A stretch of DNA of 64,000 bases, taken from NCBI GenBank assembly GCA_030704615.1, contig CM060732.1, positions 39,308,001-39,372,000 of the forward strand, written 5' to 3'. Of the stretch, positions 38,442-51,990 are shown one piece after another. The stretch comes from Takakia lepidozioides (Eukaryota > Plantae > Bryophyta). A model generated the notes under the pieces. The model was given only the letters and a program-made list of their open reading frames with translations, was not told the DNA's origin and did not search any database. The translations under genes and the position numbers were made by a program. Position 1 is the stretch's first letter. Each line of letters starts with the position of its first letter.

Positions 38442-41400
38442 TCATCCTTCCGGCAAGCCTTTTGGATCTTCCTTGAGCGCCGTCTCGCCCTTGTACACCA
38501 ACAAGAGCTGCTGCTTTCTACTTAAAGCATCGGCCACCACGTTGTCTCGTCCCGGTTTGTACTGGATATCCACATCGAACACCGCCAAAGTATCTTGCCA
38601 CCTAAGTTGTTTTGGGGACAACTTGGGCTGCGTGGCAAAATACTTCACCGTGACATTGTCCGTGAACACCTTCACTGGGTTGGAACCAACATAGTGGCGC
38701 CAAAGCTCAAGGCAATGCACCACCGCCTTCATCTCTTTCTCGTGCGTAGGCCACCGTCGCTCCACTACATTCAGTTTCTTACTTTCGTAAGCCACTGGAC
38801 GTCTATCTTGCATAAGTACACCCCCAATCGCGAAGTCCGACGCATCTGTATGAATCTCAAATGGACGATCGAACTCCGGGATTTTCAAGACTGGAGCTTC
38901 CGCCATCCGCTGCTTCAATTCAGCAAAAGCTTGGCCACAAAATGTGTTCCATACCCAGACTTTGGATTTACACAGAAGGTCCGACAGCGGCCCCGCGATC
39001 TTGGCGAAATTTCTCACATACTTCCGGTAATAGGAGGCGAGTCCTAGGAAGGATTGCACTCCCGGGACCGAAGTCGGAGGCTCCCAGTCCAAGATCGCCC
39101 TCACCTTTCTGTCATCCATTTTGATCCCATCCTGTGTAATCACATGCCCCAAGAACTCCACTTTTGTGACCCCGAATTCGCACTTTGAAGCTTTGGCGTA
39201 CAGCTTCCCTTCTCGCAACTTTTGGAACACCCTTTTGAGGTGCTCCAGGTGCTCCTCCTTTGTTTTCGAGTACACCAAGATGTCGTCGATATACACGATC
39301 ACAAAGTCATCCAACCACTCCTGAAAAAGGCTGTTCATCAGCGTGCTAAAGGTCGCTGGTGCATTGGTGAGCCCAAAAGGCATCACCAAGAACTCATATG
39401 AACCATACCTTGTCCTGCACGTGGTCTTCTCCTCATCTCCTTCCGCCACCCGAATTTGATGATAGCCGGAGTGCAAGTCGATCCGGCTGAAATACTTCGC
39501 TCCTGCCAACCGATCGAAGAGGTCGTCGATCCTTGGCAAAGGGTACCGGTTTTTGATAGTCACCTTATTCAGAGCCCTGTAATCGACACACATCCGCAGC
39601 GTCCCATCCTTCTTGTCTGCGAATAGCACCGGGGCTCCGTAAGGTGACTTACTTGGCCGGATGTACCCCTTTGACATTAGATCCTTGAGCTGAGTCTTCA
39701 GCTCGACCAACTCTCTGTGGCTTAACCGGTAGGGCGCCTTGGCAGGCAGTTCCGATCCCGGTATCACCTCAATCTTATGGTCAACTCCTCTTCGCGGTGG
39801 CAAGCCGCTTGGTAAATCCTCCGGCATCACATCCTGGTATTTCTCCAAAATCCCCTTGATCCAATCTGGGTTCGGCTCCCCATCGCCTTCTCCCTTCACT
39901 TCTCTAATGTAAAGCAAAAACTGGGGTTCGTGTGCCTCCTCCACGGCCCACTCCCTTGCTGACAGAAGGCTTATTCGCCCTCCCACGGATTTGGGCGTTT
40001 CCGACACTCGTAAGACCTCGCCACCATTCCCACATGGCAGCGTGACTACTCTCTTGCGGCCATCTATGACCGCTCCGGATTTACTCAGAAAGGTCATCCC
40101 CAAAATGAGATCTACTCCATCGATCTCGCAGATGGTGAAGTTCTCACGTCCCTCCCAACTCCCCAGTTGAAGAGGAACATTAAACGCTAACCTTGTCGCC
40201 AACTGTGGTTCTCCTTTGGCAGAACGCACCTCAATAGAGGCCCCCACGTTACTTGTCGGGAGTCCCAGCTTTTGTGCCGCCGCCGGTGTCATGAAGGAGT
40301 GCGACGCTCCTGTGTCCACCAACAACGACACATTAGTTCCGGATATTATCCCATCCACGAACAATAACTGACTCCCTTTACGTAGGGCGCCAGTTTCCTG
40401 ATACAACTCACAAGAATAGTTGCCTACCTTGCAAGTCTTGGCGACCACCGCTTCCACCAAGCGACTGATGGTATCTTCCGACAGCTCCGTGGTCGCCCGA
40501 GTCATGTTCAATTGCCGGGGCTTCGTGCACTTCTTGGCCATGTGCCCGGGCTCCTCGCAATTGAAACACACTCCATCAAAGGTCGACTTCTGTCCGCCAT
40601 AAGCCGCTCCACCCGCTTTTTCTTTCGAAGCACCGGGTGCCGCCTTGACGTGTGAAGGCCCTCCCTTCGATTTCCACGTGCCATTATCGCCGCGTGGCCT
40701 ATCCCACTTCTTTTCCGGTCGGGAGGAGTCACCTTCCCGCCGGGTCTTCTTGTGGTTCAGCTCCGTACGGCCTTGTCTCTCACCCCTAGGGACATCCGAG
40801 AAACATTCAGCCCTCTCAATTGCCTTGTTCAAAGTATTGGGTGGCTTCTCCTCCAACTTCCGCCTGGCCCATGGGGCCAGTCCCGCCACAAAGTTGAAGA
40901 CCATTTCTGGTTCTTCCATGTCCGCGAATTCGAGCAACAGCACATTGAAAGCCTGGACATACCCCCGAATGTCATCTGTTTGCTTCAAATTCCTCATCTT
41001 GTCCCGGGCAAGCCAGGACGCGTTGAGGGGCACAAACTGTCTCTTCATCAATTCCTTGAACCCACTCCAGTTCAAGGTTTCCGGGCTTGGGCCTCGGTTG
41101 TGAAGGCGTTTCTGCCACCATTGTTGAGCATAGCCCCTCAAATAGGTGGGAGCCACTTCCACCCGATCCTCGTCACTCAACTTGGCCGCCCGGAAGTACT
41201 GCTCTAGCTCCAAGAGCCAGGTGTTGAGTGCCTTCCGATTTCGAACGCCCTCGAAGGTGCCGGGTTCCTTAGGCTTCACCTTAAACTTTGCCTTAGTGGA
41301 AGTGGCATTAGCCGCCTTCAACACGTCTTTCAACGTCCCGCCAAATTGCGCCAACAACCCTTCCCAAAAGGCTGCTGGCATGGGAGGCATCTCTTGGTTT

Positions 41401-41642
41401 TTCGGAGCTCTCAAGGATTCCTTGGGCTCCGACTCCTCGGATTCCTCCTGCTCTTGAGCGACCTCGTTTTCAGAAACATTCATCGCTTCCTCAAACGGCC
41501 GCCTCGGTGACACGTCGCCTCCATCGGGCTCACCAGGATCATCATCTTTTGGGCCGTTCCGCTTTCGCTTTGGCTTGCCCGACCCCATGATGAGGCCAAT
41601 CCCAAGGACGGTCGCGTACTGAACTCTAAGCTCTGATACCAA
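38442..41642 (-). CDS. Gag-protease-RT-RNaseH polyprotein
   Basis: CCHC knuckle [14 protein letters not shown]; LVDTGASH; YIDD; HTDASD; frameshift near 38470 before integrase. Confidence 0.93.
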   Translation of the reverse strand: MVSELRVQYATVLGIGLIMGSGKPKRKRNGPKDDDPGEPDGGDVSPRRPFEEAMNVSENEVAQEQEESEESEPKESLRAPKNQEMPPMPAAFWEGLLAQFGGTLKDVLKAANATSTKAKFKVKPKEPGTFEGVRNRKALNTWLLELEQYFRAAKLSDEDRVEVAPTYLRGYAQQWWQKRLHNRGPSPETLNWSGFKELMKRQFVPLNASWLARDKMRNLKQTDDIRGYVQAFNVLLLEFADMEEPEMVFNFVAGLAPWARRKLEEKPPNTLNKAIERAECFSDVPRGERQGRTELNHKKTRREGDSSRPEKKWDRPRGDNGTWKSKGGPSHVKAAPGASKEKAGGAAYGGQKSTFDGVCFNCEEPGHMAKKCTKPRQLNMTRATTELSEDTISRLVEAVVAKTCKVGNYSCELYQETGALRKGSQLLFVDGIISGTNVSLLVDTGASHSFMTPAAAQKLGLPTSNVGASIEVRSAKGEPQLATRLAFNVPLQLGSWEGRENFTICEIDGVDLILGMTFLSKSGAVIDGRKRVVTLPCGNGGEVLRVSETPKSVGGRISLLSAREWAVEEAHEPQFLLYIREVKGEGDGEPNPDWIKGILEKYQDVMPEDLPSGLPPRRGVDHKIEVIPGSELPAKAPYRLSHRELVELKTQLKDLMSKGYIRPSKSPYGAPVLFADKKDGTLRMCVDYRALNKVTIKNRYPLPRIDDLFDRLAGAKYFSRIDLHSGYHQIRVAEGDEEKTTCRTRYGSYEFLVMPFGLTNAPATFSTLMNSLFQEWLDDFVIVYIDDILVYSKTKEEHLEHLKRVFQKLREGKLYAKASKCEFGVTKVEFLGHVITQDGIKMDDRKVRAILDWEPPTSVPGVQSFLGLASYYRKYVRNFAKIAGPLSDLLCKSKVWVWNTFCGQAFAELKQRMAEAPVLKIPEFDRPFEIHTDASDFAIGGVLMQDRRPVAYESKKLNVVERRWPTHEKEMKAVVHCLELWRHYVGSNPVKVFTDNVTVKYFATQPKLSPKQLRWQDTLAVFDVDIQYKPGRDNVVADALSRKQQLLLVYKGETALKEDPKGLPEG

Positions 41643-41643
41643 G

Positions 41644-42369
41644 TGTCGCGCACCTCACTTCGGTAAGCTCCCCTTCAAGTCATAGTTACTCGCTTTGATG
41701 CGCGCGCCTGACTCCCAACCTGGCCGCCCGAGCCAACTTGGAGCTTCGGCTGCTCACCGGGACATAACGGTCCCCCTTCGCTTCCCTCTAAACCCTCCAC
41801 CTATTTGGGACTAGGAGAATTCCCTTTGGTAGATGGCAGTCCGGAACAGCTCCCCTCTCTTTGGTCGCTTTCCGGCTCGTTCGCTTACTCACTAGTTTTT
41901 GGTCACCAACGGGCTTGCACCGTTCTCGGGGTTACTACTCCCTATATATACTTCTGTAGCTGTCCGCGGGGGTTTCATAACCAGCCATGCCATTTTATGG
42001 CGAACCACCACGAAAACCCTCGACTCCCGGTGATGAGTCGCGGTGAGTCTTGGCCCACTCATCACGGCCTCTATGGACCGTGATGAGTCCCAAGACTCCC
42101 CACGACTCCCACCACGAGGTCTCCGCCCCCATGGTGAGTCCTATGCCACCCCCACTAAGTCCCGCTAAGCTACCACCACCCCTTGTGGAGCTACCCCCAC
42201 CGCAACCCGGTGTGCGGGGCTCCACCTAGTGAGCGCCTCCGCCTCCTTGAGTGCCTTGGGCACTCAAGGGTGCTTCAGCCCCCCATACCTATCGCTGCCG
42301 ATGCCCCCACTACAGGGGCAACCCCTCATGTGTCCCGACCCCCTGCCCTCAAGGCAAAGGGTCGCGACA
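41644..42369 (-). repeat. 5' LTR
   Basis: Adjacent to the PBS. Confidence 0.95.
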
Positions 42370-45132
42370 GACGGCTTCGAAGAGCGGGCGACTCTAACCG
42401 ATGAGGGACTATCCCTGAATTCGCCTGGACTCTTCATCCCAAAATCTGTCACCGACCAAACAACCTTCTCCACCCAATTCACCGCCCATATCCCTCAAGC
42501 CGGTAGCCAGCCCCTCATCTTACAAATCAATGTCATCATCCCAGACCGGGAAAAGCTGCAGCAACCTCTTTATTGGGCACGGGGAGAGGACTACGCGGTC
42601 ATAATGAGGACGACGTTCGAAGACAAGCGACGCGAGGAGGCTGAGGCCACCTTGGGCTTTCCCAGAAGAAAGGTGGAGACTAAAGATTTTTTGGAGAAAA
42701 CGAATAACTTGCAAGCATCTTTAGGACGACCCTCGCACGACGCCGTGATCGGGATTGTCCGGGAGGTGAAGCGGGGTAGTGGAGATGGAGATGAGTACAT
42801 ACGCTTGCGCCATGAATGCCTCATAAGCGTTGTGTTGATGAATCCTTCCGCCTTGCTCGACGGCTCTCGGAAGGATGTCGAAGACGATGAATCGGTTGTC
42901 ACTGGCGCTTTGGCGAAGGCTTCGGTTGGAGATGAAGATGACAAGGCAGGTACCAATGGAGACGTGGGCAACGACGCCACTCATACTTCAATTCGGTGCG
43001 AATTTTTGCACAAGAAAACGAAGTGGTATCTTTTGTGAAACTCGTGGAACTTGGCTATTACACAATATTTTTTCTTAGCTACAAGTATGGTATATTTGCA
43101 TCTTGAGACTTCTACAAGCCATACTTCGGAGGTATTACTTTTATATGTTTCATAGACATGCCAACAATATTTATGGCGAGAGCATTGTTCTAATTTTTGG
43201 CGAATTTTTATATTTTTTACCTCTTAAAATATAATATAATATTCTGTCGTAAATTCATGTTTTTCAATGGATGATACCTCCAAACTTGTCCAAATACAAT
43301 GAACATAATGGATGAATGTGTCAAATATGGATGATATGAATGGATGCTAGTACACAGGATGATGATTCTATCCAAATTTCAGTGGATGAACAGACAATAT
43401 GGCTATTTCCTACAAAATTCAGTAGCCACTCGTGCTATTTTCCAAATTTCAAAAACAAATCGCCAGGGCGAGAGCCACTCTATAATTAAATAATTGTAGG
43501 ATTTTCGGTTTGTAGCTATCTACTACTTTTAGCACTCCTACTTCAGACTTCCCCCATTTTACATGCATCCTGCTCATCCCCACTAGAGCTTCCCTTATAC
43601 TAGTGTTTGCTATCGCCGCAGCAGCTATGGCCGCCACTTGTCTGTTGCATCTTCTGGCTCTCGTTCTTGTGCACCACCTGTAGCTGCTTCTTCCCTTCAC
43701 AACTTTCCCCCCTTCTTATTCTTTTTAAGATCTCTCTTCTATGATTTACAAGGTACTTCTCCATGTTTTTGGCCTGTTATGAAATCGCGTTGCCCGAAAG
43801 TGTATGCTGCTCCCTTTCCTCCTTACGGTTCTACTCGCAAGCTTGTTCATGATCGCCTGCGTGCTTGGACAAGCCTTTCACTTGTCCTTTTGGTCTTCTC
43901 CGATGGGGCCTTGGGTGCTGGCCGACCAAACGAGGGGGGCAGATACAATGCCTCATGTTTCACAGAATAGACAGGAAATCGAAAGCATATGATCTGAAAC
44001 TTAGAACACGTGTATTTTACTTTTTAAGCATGTTACGTTTCATCTTCTCCCTAGTGGGTTGAAACTCCATGGAACAAAGTAGACAGGAAAGTGATGAAGA
44101 CATTGTCGATATCCGAATATCTTGATCCCCCCATCACAATGTTGCGAGATTTTTGTATTATTACAATTCGAGAACATGGTCTCTTGGACTACACTACAAC
44201 ATGATTATCCTGACTATTACTGGTATTGGATTCAGAAAGATCTGAATGTAGTAACATAAAATGAGTTTACCTAGCTGGTAACATAGATGTATTGTAATTT
44301 GTTTAGTCTTGTGGACGCATTTGTGTGTATAATTTGATGAAAATACCAGAAATCATCTTTCTATGAAGAAATCAGGATTATTCTAGCGACGACCCAAGGT
44401 CGGAAGCTAGTTTAGCGTAGAGCAGGAATAGGGTGCCATAGTGCCTCGTCATCGTTGCCACGTTATTGTCGTCATCAAGTTTTTGGGAACATGCCCAAAA
44501 TGCCCGAAAAATTAAAAAATAACTTCTTGAACTGTACTTCGTCGAGACTCACCCTTTTCCTCCTTGCTTTTGTTTGTTTGTTGTCCAAAGGAGAGAGAGA
44601 GAGAGAGCGAATCTACTCTAAGATTATGTTTTCCCTAGATTTGGCAAGAGAGTAGTTATGGCTGCTGAAGGCAAGGACACACCTTCCAACTTGGTTATGC
44701 TAGTCCTATTTGCAATGGCCCAGAAAGGTGAGTTTATTTTTTCCCCTCAAGACCACAATTTCAGAGCTAGTGTTTCCTTGGAAATAAAATGAAGTAAACA
44801 TACGTTGAACTATTTGTAAGACTTGAATCCATCACAATGAACTAGTCTTAGTGTCGAGCAGGAATAGAGTGCCATAGTGCCACGCCATTTTCAGCAATGT
44901 CATCATCGTCTTTTTTTGAGCTGCCCTGAAGAAAACCAAAAGACCGATGTTTTTTAAAAACATATTCTTGTTAATCATCGGCAGCCGCCACACCATCGCG
45001 ATCTTTTTTCTGAATCTGTGAATTTCCCAAAAGAAAAACTGAATCATTTCATAGAATCATTTTTGTCAAATCTGCTTTAATATTACTTTATTTTTTTGAT
45101 ATTTTGATAATAAGATAGTAGAGCTTGTTTAA

Positions 45133-45862
45133 CCCTTAAGTTCCCAAGCCCTTTTTTGACTTTTTACCAATTTAGGGTACCCAGCTGCAGTAAACGTACC
45201 CAAAAATGAGCCAAGTCCACCGTGGAAATTGTGAGATTATAACGGTGGCCCGGACCTCAAATATCAGGTCCCAAAGAAAAAGTGAGAAAGAAATTGGTTT
45301 GACCAAATCAAAGCCTAGCTTTATCCAATTTTGCTTGCCCCAAGACCCACCATTTCCAAATCAACAGTGGAGTGGCTATGACCCCACTAAATTGCAGGTC
45401 CAACTGATTTTTTCACCTATGCTTGCTTTGCATGCAATTACATAGGGGTTGAAATCTCAAAATTGACAAGAGAAAATGTGCCTCCAAATGAAGTACTTTT
45501 TTTTCTACAAATTTTTTAAAAGCCAATGGTGGATGTGTGTATGTAATGCTCACACACCACAAGGTGAAGTGCTTTTTCCAAAATTTCTAATTTTCTGCCA
45601 AAAATGGCCTTTGGAGTGCAATCTGTTTTGGCTTTGTTAACCTGCCACACCAACGGTCAACAAGCCCTTTTTAGGCCCAAAACGTAAATGAGAGATCTAA
45701 GATATTTTTTGTAGGTCGTAGTTTTATTTATTTATTTATTTGGCATGATACTCGCAACAAATTCTTTGTCATTATGGGGCTAGGCTTTATCCAGATATGC
45801 AAAAATTAGGTCAAACTGCAAATTCAAAGTGACCCGATTCAGGTCCCTTGGGAACTTAAGGG
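45133..45862. mobile_element. piggyBac-like non-autonomous element
   Basis: Perfect 16-bp TIR CCCTTAAGTTCCCAAG (45133-45148 and 45847-45862), flanked by TTAA on both sides. Confidence 0.75.
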
Positions 45863-47349
45863 TTAAGTGTTTTTTCTGAAAAGAAACAAAATAAACTATG
45901 CCTGATTTGACCTGAAGAATTATCTTAAATGCTCATACGTATGTACTGTAAATTGTGTCTGACTGTCCTACAACATCAGTGTTTTGATAAGTTCCTTACA
46001 TGACAATCTGCAATTAGTATAATCTTCAATCCAAACATGTGGGAAATCGATCCTCGCCCCAATACTATAGTTTGACATCTTGTCATTAGTAGTGATGCCA
46101 GAGCAACGCTGAGCCCTAGTTTATTGGCTCCTCTTCAGAATAAAGAGGAGACTACACATTAGTGTCAAAAATCGCTAAGTCCCTGTTGTGCCTTCCCCAG
46201 GTGTCACCTCATCTCCTATGTTAAACCTCCAGGTAGCACCTCCCTTAAGTAACATCTCTCTTATTGATCAATTTATGAAGAATAAATTGATGATCTTCTC
46301 AAATTTATTATGAATAAAAGTAAATTTAACTATTCAAAACTGTGAGGAGCCATACGCAACTACGGTAGCTACTTGTTTACATAAAACCCACATGTTTTAA
46401 TTAATGTATTGCGATAGTACATGTAAATATGATAATGCTAATATAGGGCCCACCCCCGAAAGGGGCAGTAGCCGTGAGGCGAAGTGGCTCTTAGTTACGC
46501 CGGTTTCCGCCGGAGTTATTGCAGCCTTCGGGCACCCAAAAGGGTTTTATTTTTTTTCCCTTCAATAATGTTAATAAAGCTCCAAAGGGCTTCCTCCCCT
46601 TTCTCTAAGATAATTTTCTTTAAAAAAAAACTATTATTATATTATGAATACACATTAACAAACTCTAGAATATATGAAAATTTAAAAACATATTCCTGCC
46701 GAAGCAAGCCTAATTTATGATGTCACTTTACCCAAGGAACTATTATGTTGAACTTTGAATCCATCACATTTTTTTGGATATTGTTTACTGAAGTCATCAC
46801 TAGTAGCGCGGAGCAATGCAAAGCCCAAGATGAAGTGGAAATTGAGAGAGAGAGTAAGGCAGCAGACGATCAACTAAATTACCACCACTCGGTAGTTGAG
46901 TTGGATTGAGCACTGAGTGCCACCCATATGATTCTAGGTGTCGGGTGTGGTAAAGAGAGAAGATGCAAGCACTGCCCAGCGTACTAAGAGCCACTTCACC
47001 TTTCATCTACAATCCTTTTTGAGGGTGGCCCTATACCACCCCCTATATTTTGCATAGTGGGCGTGGTATTATCTTCTCCTCTTTCTCTTGGCAGTGTTGC
47101 TTGAGCCTTGTGGTGGGTGCCTCACGCGAGGTGATTTTGAAAGACCCTATTATTCTCTACTCTCGCTGTAATGAAAGGCACCTGATTTGTGATCGGTCTC
47201 TCCAAGGTGTTTCTCTTAAGAATAAAATAATAATAAAATCGTACATAGTATTGAACTTCTCATTGAACAATATTAGGGTCTTGAATAATAAAGATCCTGT
47301 CAGGTTGTACTGCGGCGATAATGTGTGTTATTAAATATATATTTTGTCG

Positions 47350-47550
47350 AAGGGGTCTGCCAGTCCGCTCATCGGTCTGCTGGAGAGTGCGCCTAGTTCG
47401 CTCGTCGGTATGCTCGTCGGTCTGCTCGAGGGTCTGTCGGTCTGCTGGAGGAGGGTCTGCCCAGTCCGCTCGTCGGTCTGCTGGAGGTCATGCCAGTTGC
47501 TAGAAGGTTGGAGTCAGTCTGTTGGAGGGTCTGCCCAATCCGCTAGAAGG
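47350..47550. repeat. Short degenerate tandem repeat (gctcgtcggtctgctggag)
   Basis: Repeated gtcggtctgct and gggtctgccca units. Confidence 0.7.
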
Positions 47551-47938
47551 GCCGAGGCGGTAAATGAACAAGGACTTAGAAAAAATTCAGAATCTGGCCG
47601 ACCTAGTGAATGGCAGTTGGCTTATGAGCTCACCCGATGGGCCATACTCGCGGGGCCCATAAGTGCATTCAAGACCCTAATATTAAAAAATGAGAGGCGA
47701 GTACTGATGCACAATTTGTTTGCCGAAGAAATAGCACGTCGTCGATGTTTCATACTCTAGTTTTTTTTTTTCTCAAAACAAAAACCATCAGCGCCAATGA
47801 ACAAATTAAAGGGTGATAAAAAAAACTCACAGAGCCATGAAGGCTTACAACCTAGACTAAGTTAGTATCGGTTAATCCTATAGGAGGTTCCACTATTTTC
47901 AAGAAAATTAATCTACCAGCATCCCATGACCCATGAGG

Positions 47939-49052
47939 AGAAATGGAGAAGCATGTGCACTGCAGCAAGTGTGGGGAAGCCTTCACCCGTGAAGAGCTAG
48001 GCAAGCACATGAAGGTGTTCCATGAGCCTCTCAAGTGTGGGTGCGGGGAAGTTCTTGAGATGGAGGAGATGGTAAGCCATTCCATTTAAACCCATGTGAA
48101 GCAAAGTTACTTGTCGATAAGGATTCTCTTGAAGATGTATATGGAAACATCTCTTTTGTGGAGCTGAAATGTGACTACAGCCAGGAGCTGAAGGTAAGAT
48201 GAGGGTAGCAGCATGTCACCATCTGTCTCTGTCATGGCACCTGGAGATGGTCAATTAATCTCAAAGAAACATAGCCGATTAGTGACTGAAGCCAAGTAAA
48301 TTGCAAAACTCTTTGATCTTACCATGGAAATGGAGGAGAGCTAAGCAGGAGTACACTGATTGCAGGTTAAGCATCGCGCCACGTCTTGCCCGCAGCGCAT
48401 GATTATGTGCCGCTTTTGTGGAGATTTGTTCCAAGCAGGCACTGTTGCAAAAAATATGCGCGACGGACTAAGGGGGCTGACTCATCATGAAAGTTCATGT
48501 GGGGCTCGAACTGCTGCTTGTGATACCTGTGGCCGTGCAATTATGCTGAAGGAGATGGACCTTCATAGAGCTGCAGCTCATGGAGGCCAGCAGTCAATGG
48601 TAGATGTATCTGCATCAGCTAACCGGGGTTTGGTGGCTGGCTCTATTGGTCAGAAAACTTCTATCTTCTCCGTTGATGCTTCACCAGAAGCGAATTGGGC
48701 TGGGAGCCTTATGGCAAACCATACGGCAAACCAGGTTGCAGGCCTTGCAGTCAATCAGGTGATCAATCAGGCAGCAAACCACATGCAAAAGCAAATGGAG
48801 TGCCCCATTTGTGGGATACAATTTGGAGGGGCAGATGGAGAGACACGACTGAACTTGCACTTAGACAACGAGCATTTTTCTCCTCAGGCTTCTGCCGGAA
48901 TGGACATCGATACTGTCCCTTCCACCTCATCAATCATACCAACCCATACTGAAAGCACAACAAGGAGAACATTGTCTGTCTCGTGCCCTATTTGTGGTAT
49001 GGCTATTCACAATGAGCGTGATCTCAATTCCCACATTGACCTGGTGCATTAA
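47939..49052 (+). pseudogene. 3' part of a plant UFD1-family / TRAF-type zinc-finger gene (At4g15420-like) with two terminal C2H2 fingers
   Basis: Exon 47939-48071 (HVHCSKCGE...HMKVFHEPLKCGCG), GT-AG intron 48072-48365, exon 48366-49052 (CRFCGD...HESSCGARTAACDTCGRAIMLKEMDLH; two CPICG...H motifs). No upstream UFD1 exons recognised. Confidence 0.8.
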
Positions 49053-50444
49053 GATGTGAATTATCTTCATTGCTCTATACACACTACCCACAGTTGGACA
49101 TGATTTACTCACCGTCAGCATACCTCTCTCAGGGATTGCAACATGGGCTGGACAGCTCCCAGAATGTTTTGCACATTGTGGTCAATGTCAATGTGCAAGT
49201 CTATGCAATATTGCTTGCAGCTGTAGCCTTAGTTGGGGAAGAGAAACCCCATTATTGTTACTTGGCCTGATGGGCTTGTGGATAATGATCTTTGCATACT
49301 CAAGCCTCAAGTGGGCAACTGAGCAGGTGCGGATGTTGGTTTCCTTCTTTGTTGGCCCTGTGCCCAGGCAGAAGGGATTTGGATATTTTATTCTGGGGAT
49401 CAATTTTTCACGGAACGAGTTAGTTGAAGACAAGTGTAGATGCATCCCATCCGTATTTACAGACGAACATGCCAAAAATGCGGCGATCCATTGGTGCCGG
49501 TCTCTTCATCTCTTATTGCCCCATAGATAAGTTTACTGAAGATATCACATTTGCGTAAAAAACTATAAACCTGCACCATTTGCCATTTGTACCCAGTTTG
49601 GCAGATCTGCACATGCACCAAAGTTTCTGCTTATTGTCGAGGACAATTCATGAGATTGCCAGCAATTGTCATTCAGCCCACATTCTGAACCGCGCACAAA
49701 TTCATGTCGCCCTGTAAAACTTTATAAAAAGGTAAGGAAAAAATAATCTCACAAGAGCCATGACGGCAAAGAATAGAGGTTCCACTCATAACCAGCAGAC
49801 GATGAAGGGGCAAAGCCCAAAGATAGAAGGGAGCTAAAGAGAAGCAGTAAAACTACATTACGACGATTCCATTGGAACATGAACCAAAAGAAGCCAACAG
49901 TCATAAGGAAAGATGAAGGGGGTGAGTCCAAAGACAAAAGAGAGCTACCAAAGAAGCACGGCAACTATATGCTACCACGCTTTCTTTTGGGAGCATCAAA
50001 AGATAATTGAGCCTTAGATTTTCCTTTTCTAAGACTACGCTTATGCCTCCAATTAACCTCGTCAAGAGGTGAACTCTTAGCACTGACGGAGCTGCACACC
50101 ACTTTCAGGGATATATAGATATATATATCTATTGGCAATTGCAGCTGAAAATGGTGTCGCCTTGTTTGCAATATGCAGCATAGGTCAGTAGTTGACAGTC
50201 CTACCTATTCATTGAAGCCATGTGCTCTTCTTTCATAATGGGGTCTAATTTCATCATACTTTACATGTCTATTCCCACCATTATAGGTTCAGAGGGATAG
50301 GTGCCGTTTCTTCGACCGCCCGTCCTGTGCCATTTGCTGACATGGCGTGAGCGTGGGCTCACGCCATGTCAGCCCCGCGTGAGCGTGCGCTCACCGCTCA
50401 CGCCGTAGCGTTGTTCCATTCTCCAGGGTAAAATTGGAGAATGC

Positions 50445-51990
50445 TCACTGGAGTAGAAAGGAACCAGAAGAAGGTATTCCTTTAATGGTGAAGCTCAATG
50501 GGGGGATGGGATTAGATTTATCAGAGGTTGGCAACAAGGTTGACTGTGTGCGGGCAAGATAAGACACCATTACCATTGACATAAAAACCAATGCCTGAGA
50601 TGCTGCTTTGAGTAAAAGAAATCGCATAAACAGCGTTAGCCCATCCGAGAACCCAAGCCATTTGGGAGTTTTAATAAGATGCCGCTGGGAGAGGAGGTCA
50701 GTCCATCTTTGGGGAGGTTACCCATAATGGTTTCCCATCCCAAGTTGACCCTCTTAGCAAGAACCCAACAACAACTTCATGAATTGAGATTGGAGAGGAC
50801 GAGTTCAGATCCCAAAAGTGCAGAAGGTGAGCTAGTCCTGCAGGCTCCCAATGAGAATCTTTCTGTGCAACGCACGATCCTCGGAGTCCCGATTATAATT
50901 CCCAAAAAGAGGCTGCCTAACGACTTTAGCGAAAGAAGAAGGCTGAGTTTGAAACAGAAAGCCATGCAGCTTGCACCAAGCAGCCCAGATAGATTGCCAG
51001 GCTTTCGAGCCAACAGCAGGGGTAACGTTAGACTTGTCTCCTTGCACCGTCCACTTCAGTGAGGGTGGCCAAAGGGGACTTGCAGAAGGGCTTGCTGCAG
51101 CCAAAATGATGCTTTACCAGCCTACTCCAAGAGCTGGAAAGGTGCATGAAGACTCTTGGCACCCACTTTGCCAATAAAGCAATAATTTGGGATTGTGGGT
51201 CCAGAAGACCCAAAACACCATGCTTCCATTTTTGACAAATCTGGTTCCAACTAACCAAAGCCCTCTTATTCGCAGAGGCAGTAGTGGCTCCCCAAATAAA
51301 GTTCCTTACTAAAGATTTGATATTTTTAATGATGGAGGTCCCAGGAGCCCATACTAAAGCGATGAACCACGAATAAGCATAATTTGATTGGCCACCAAGG
51401 CCCTACCAACCATCGTTAAGTGCAAGGAACTTCAGTAGGAAAGTTTTCCTTTAAGTCTGGAGAGAACGGCTGCAGCAAAACGACAGTCATCATTATGCTC
51501 ATATCCAATATGATGTCCCAGACACCCGTGAGACTGCCCGTAGTAAGCCATTTCAACCCCAAATCTGATCCCCACGGAGCACAATGATTGGCTCTATTAT
51601 CGTCATACAGACTACTCAAGATCCCCATCAATTTCTCCCAATTGATTTTCAAGCCAGAAGCGTCGCAAAAACATCCAAGAGAATCCACGGTAGAGCTCAC
51701 ATTGGAAACTGGAAGAATTATCAATGTAGAAGGTGCTCCGTGCTGGACAATTCGGAAAGAGGGGAATCCAGTTGATTGGAGAAAAGCGCAACGAAATGAG
51801 AAGCAGTCTGATCCACAACCATATCTTTGGGTTTGGCAATAACATTGCCCTGAGCATCGGTGATGAAGCTGATTAGAGAGGCCGCTCGTTTTTGCTTTTT
51901 TGAAAGAAGTACGCATTCATTTTCTCCCCTTTCACAGAACAGTTGGCTCCATAAGTACATGCCTCCCAACGCTGAATTTCGGTGCATGGA
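50445..51990 (-). mobile_element. Degraded LINE (L1/Tx1-like) ORF2 fragments
   Basis: FCDASGLKINWEK, GRALVANQIM, VSWNQICQKWKHGVLGLLD...ALLAKWV, with large deletions. Confidence 0.75.

Larger units (their letters stand above)
35398..42369 (-). mobile_element. Full-length Ty3/Gypsy chromovirus (Galadriel-like)
   Basis: TG...CA LTRs of 726 bp at 35398-36123 and 41644-42369; 5-bp TSD gacgg; tRNA-iMet PBS TGGTATCAGAGC at 41630-41641; purine-rich tract next to the 3' LTR. Confidence 0.97.
34280..43038 (+). pseudogene. Fungal-type HET (heterokaryon incompatibility) domain gene split by an LTR retrotransposon
   Basis: YIAISHV|WADGMGN (74-nt intron 34577-34650), RCQ, FWMDTLYIP, AIQGVKDTYRYASAVLVL, CNWNHRL, LQFRTTSKLAD. 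Removing 35398-42369 plus one TSD copy restores the frame FVRDG|FEERATL to the stop at 43038. Upstream frameshifts are present. Confidence 0.85.
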
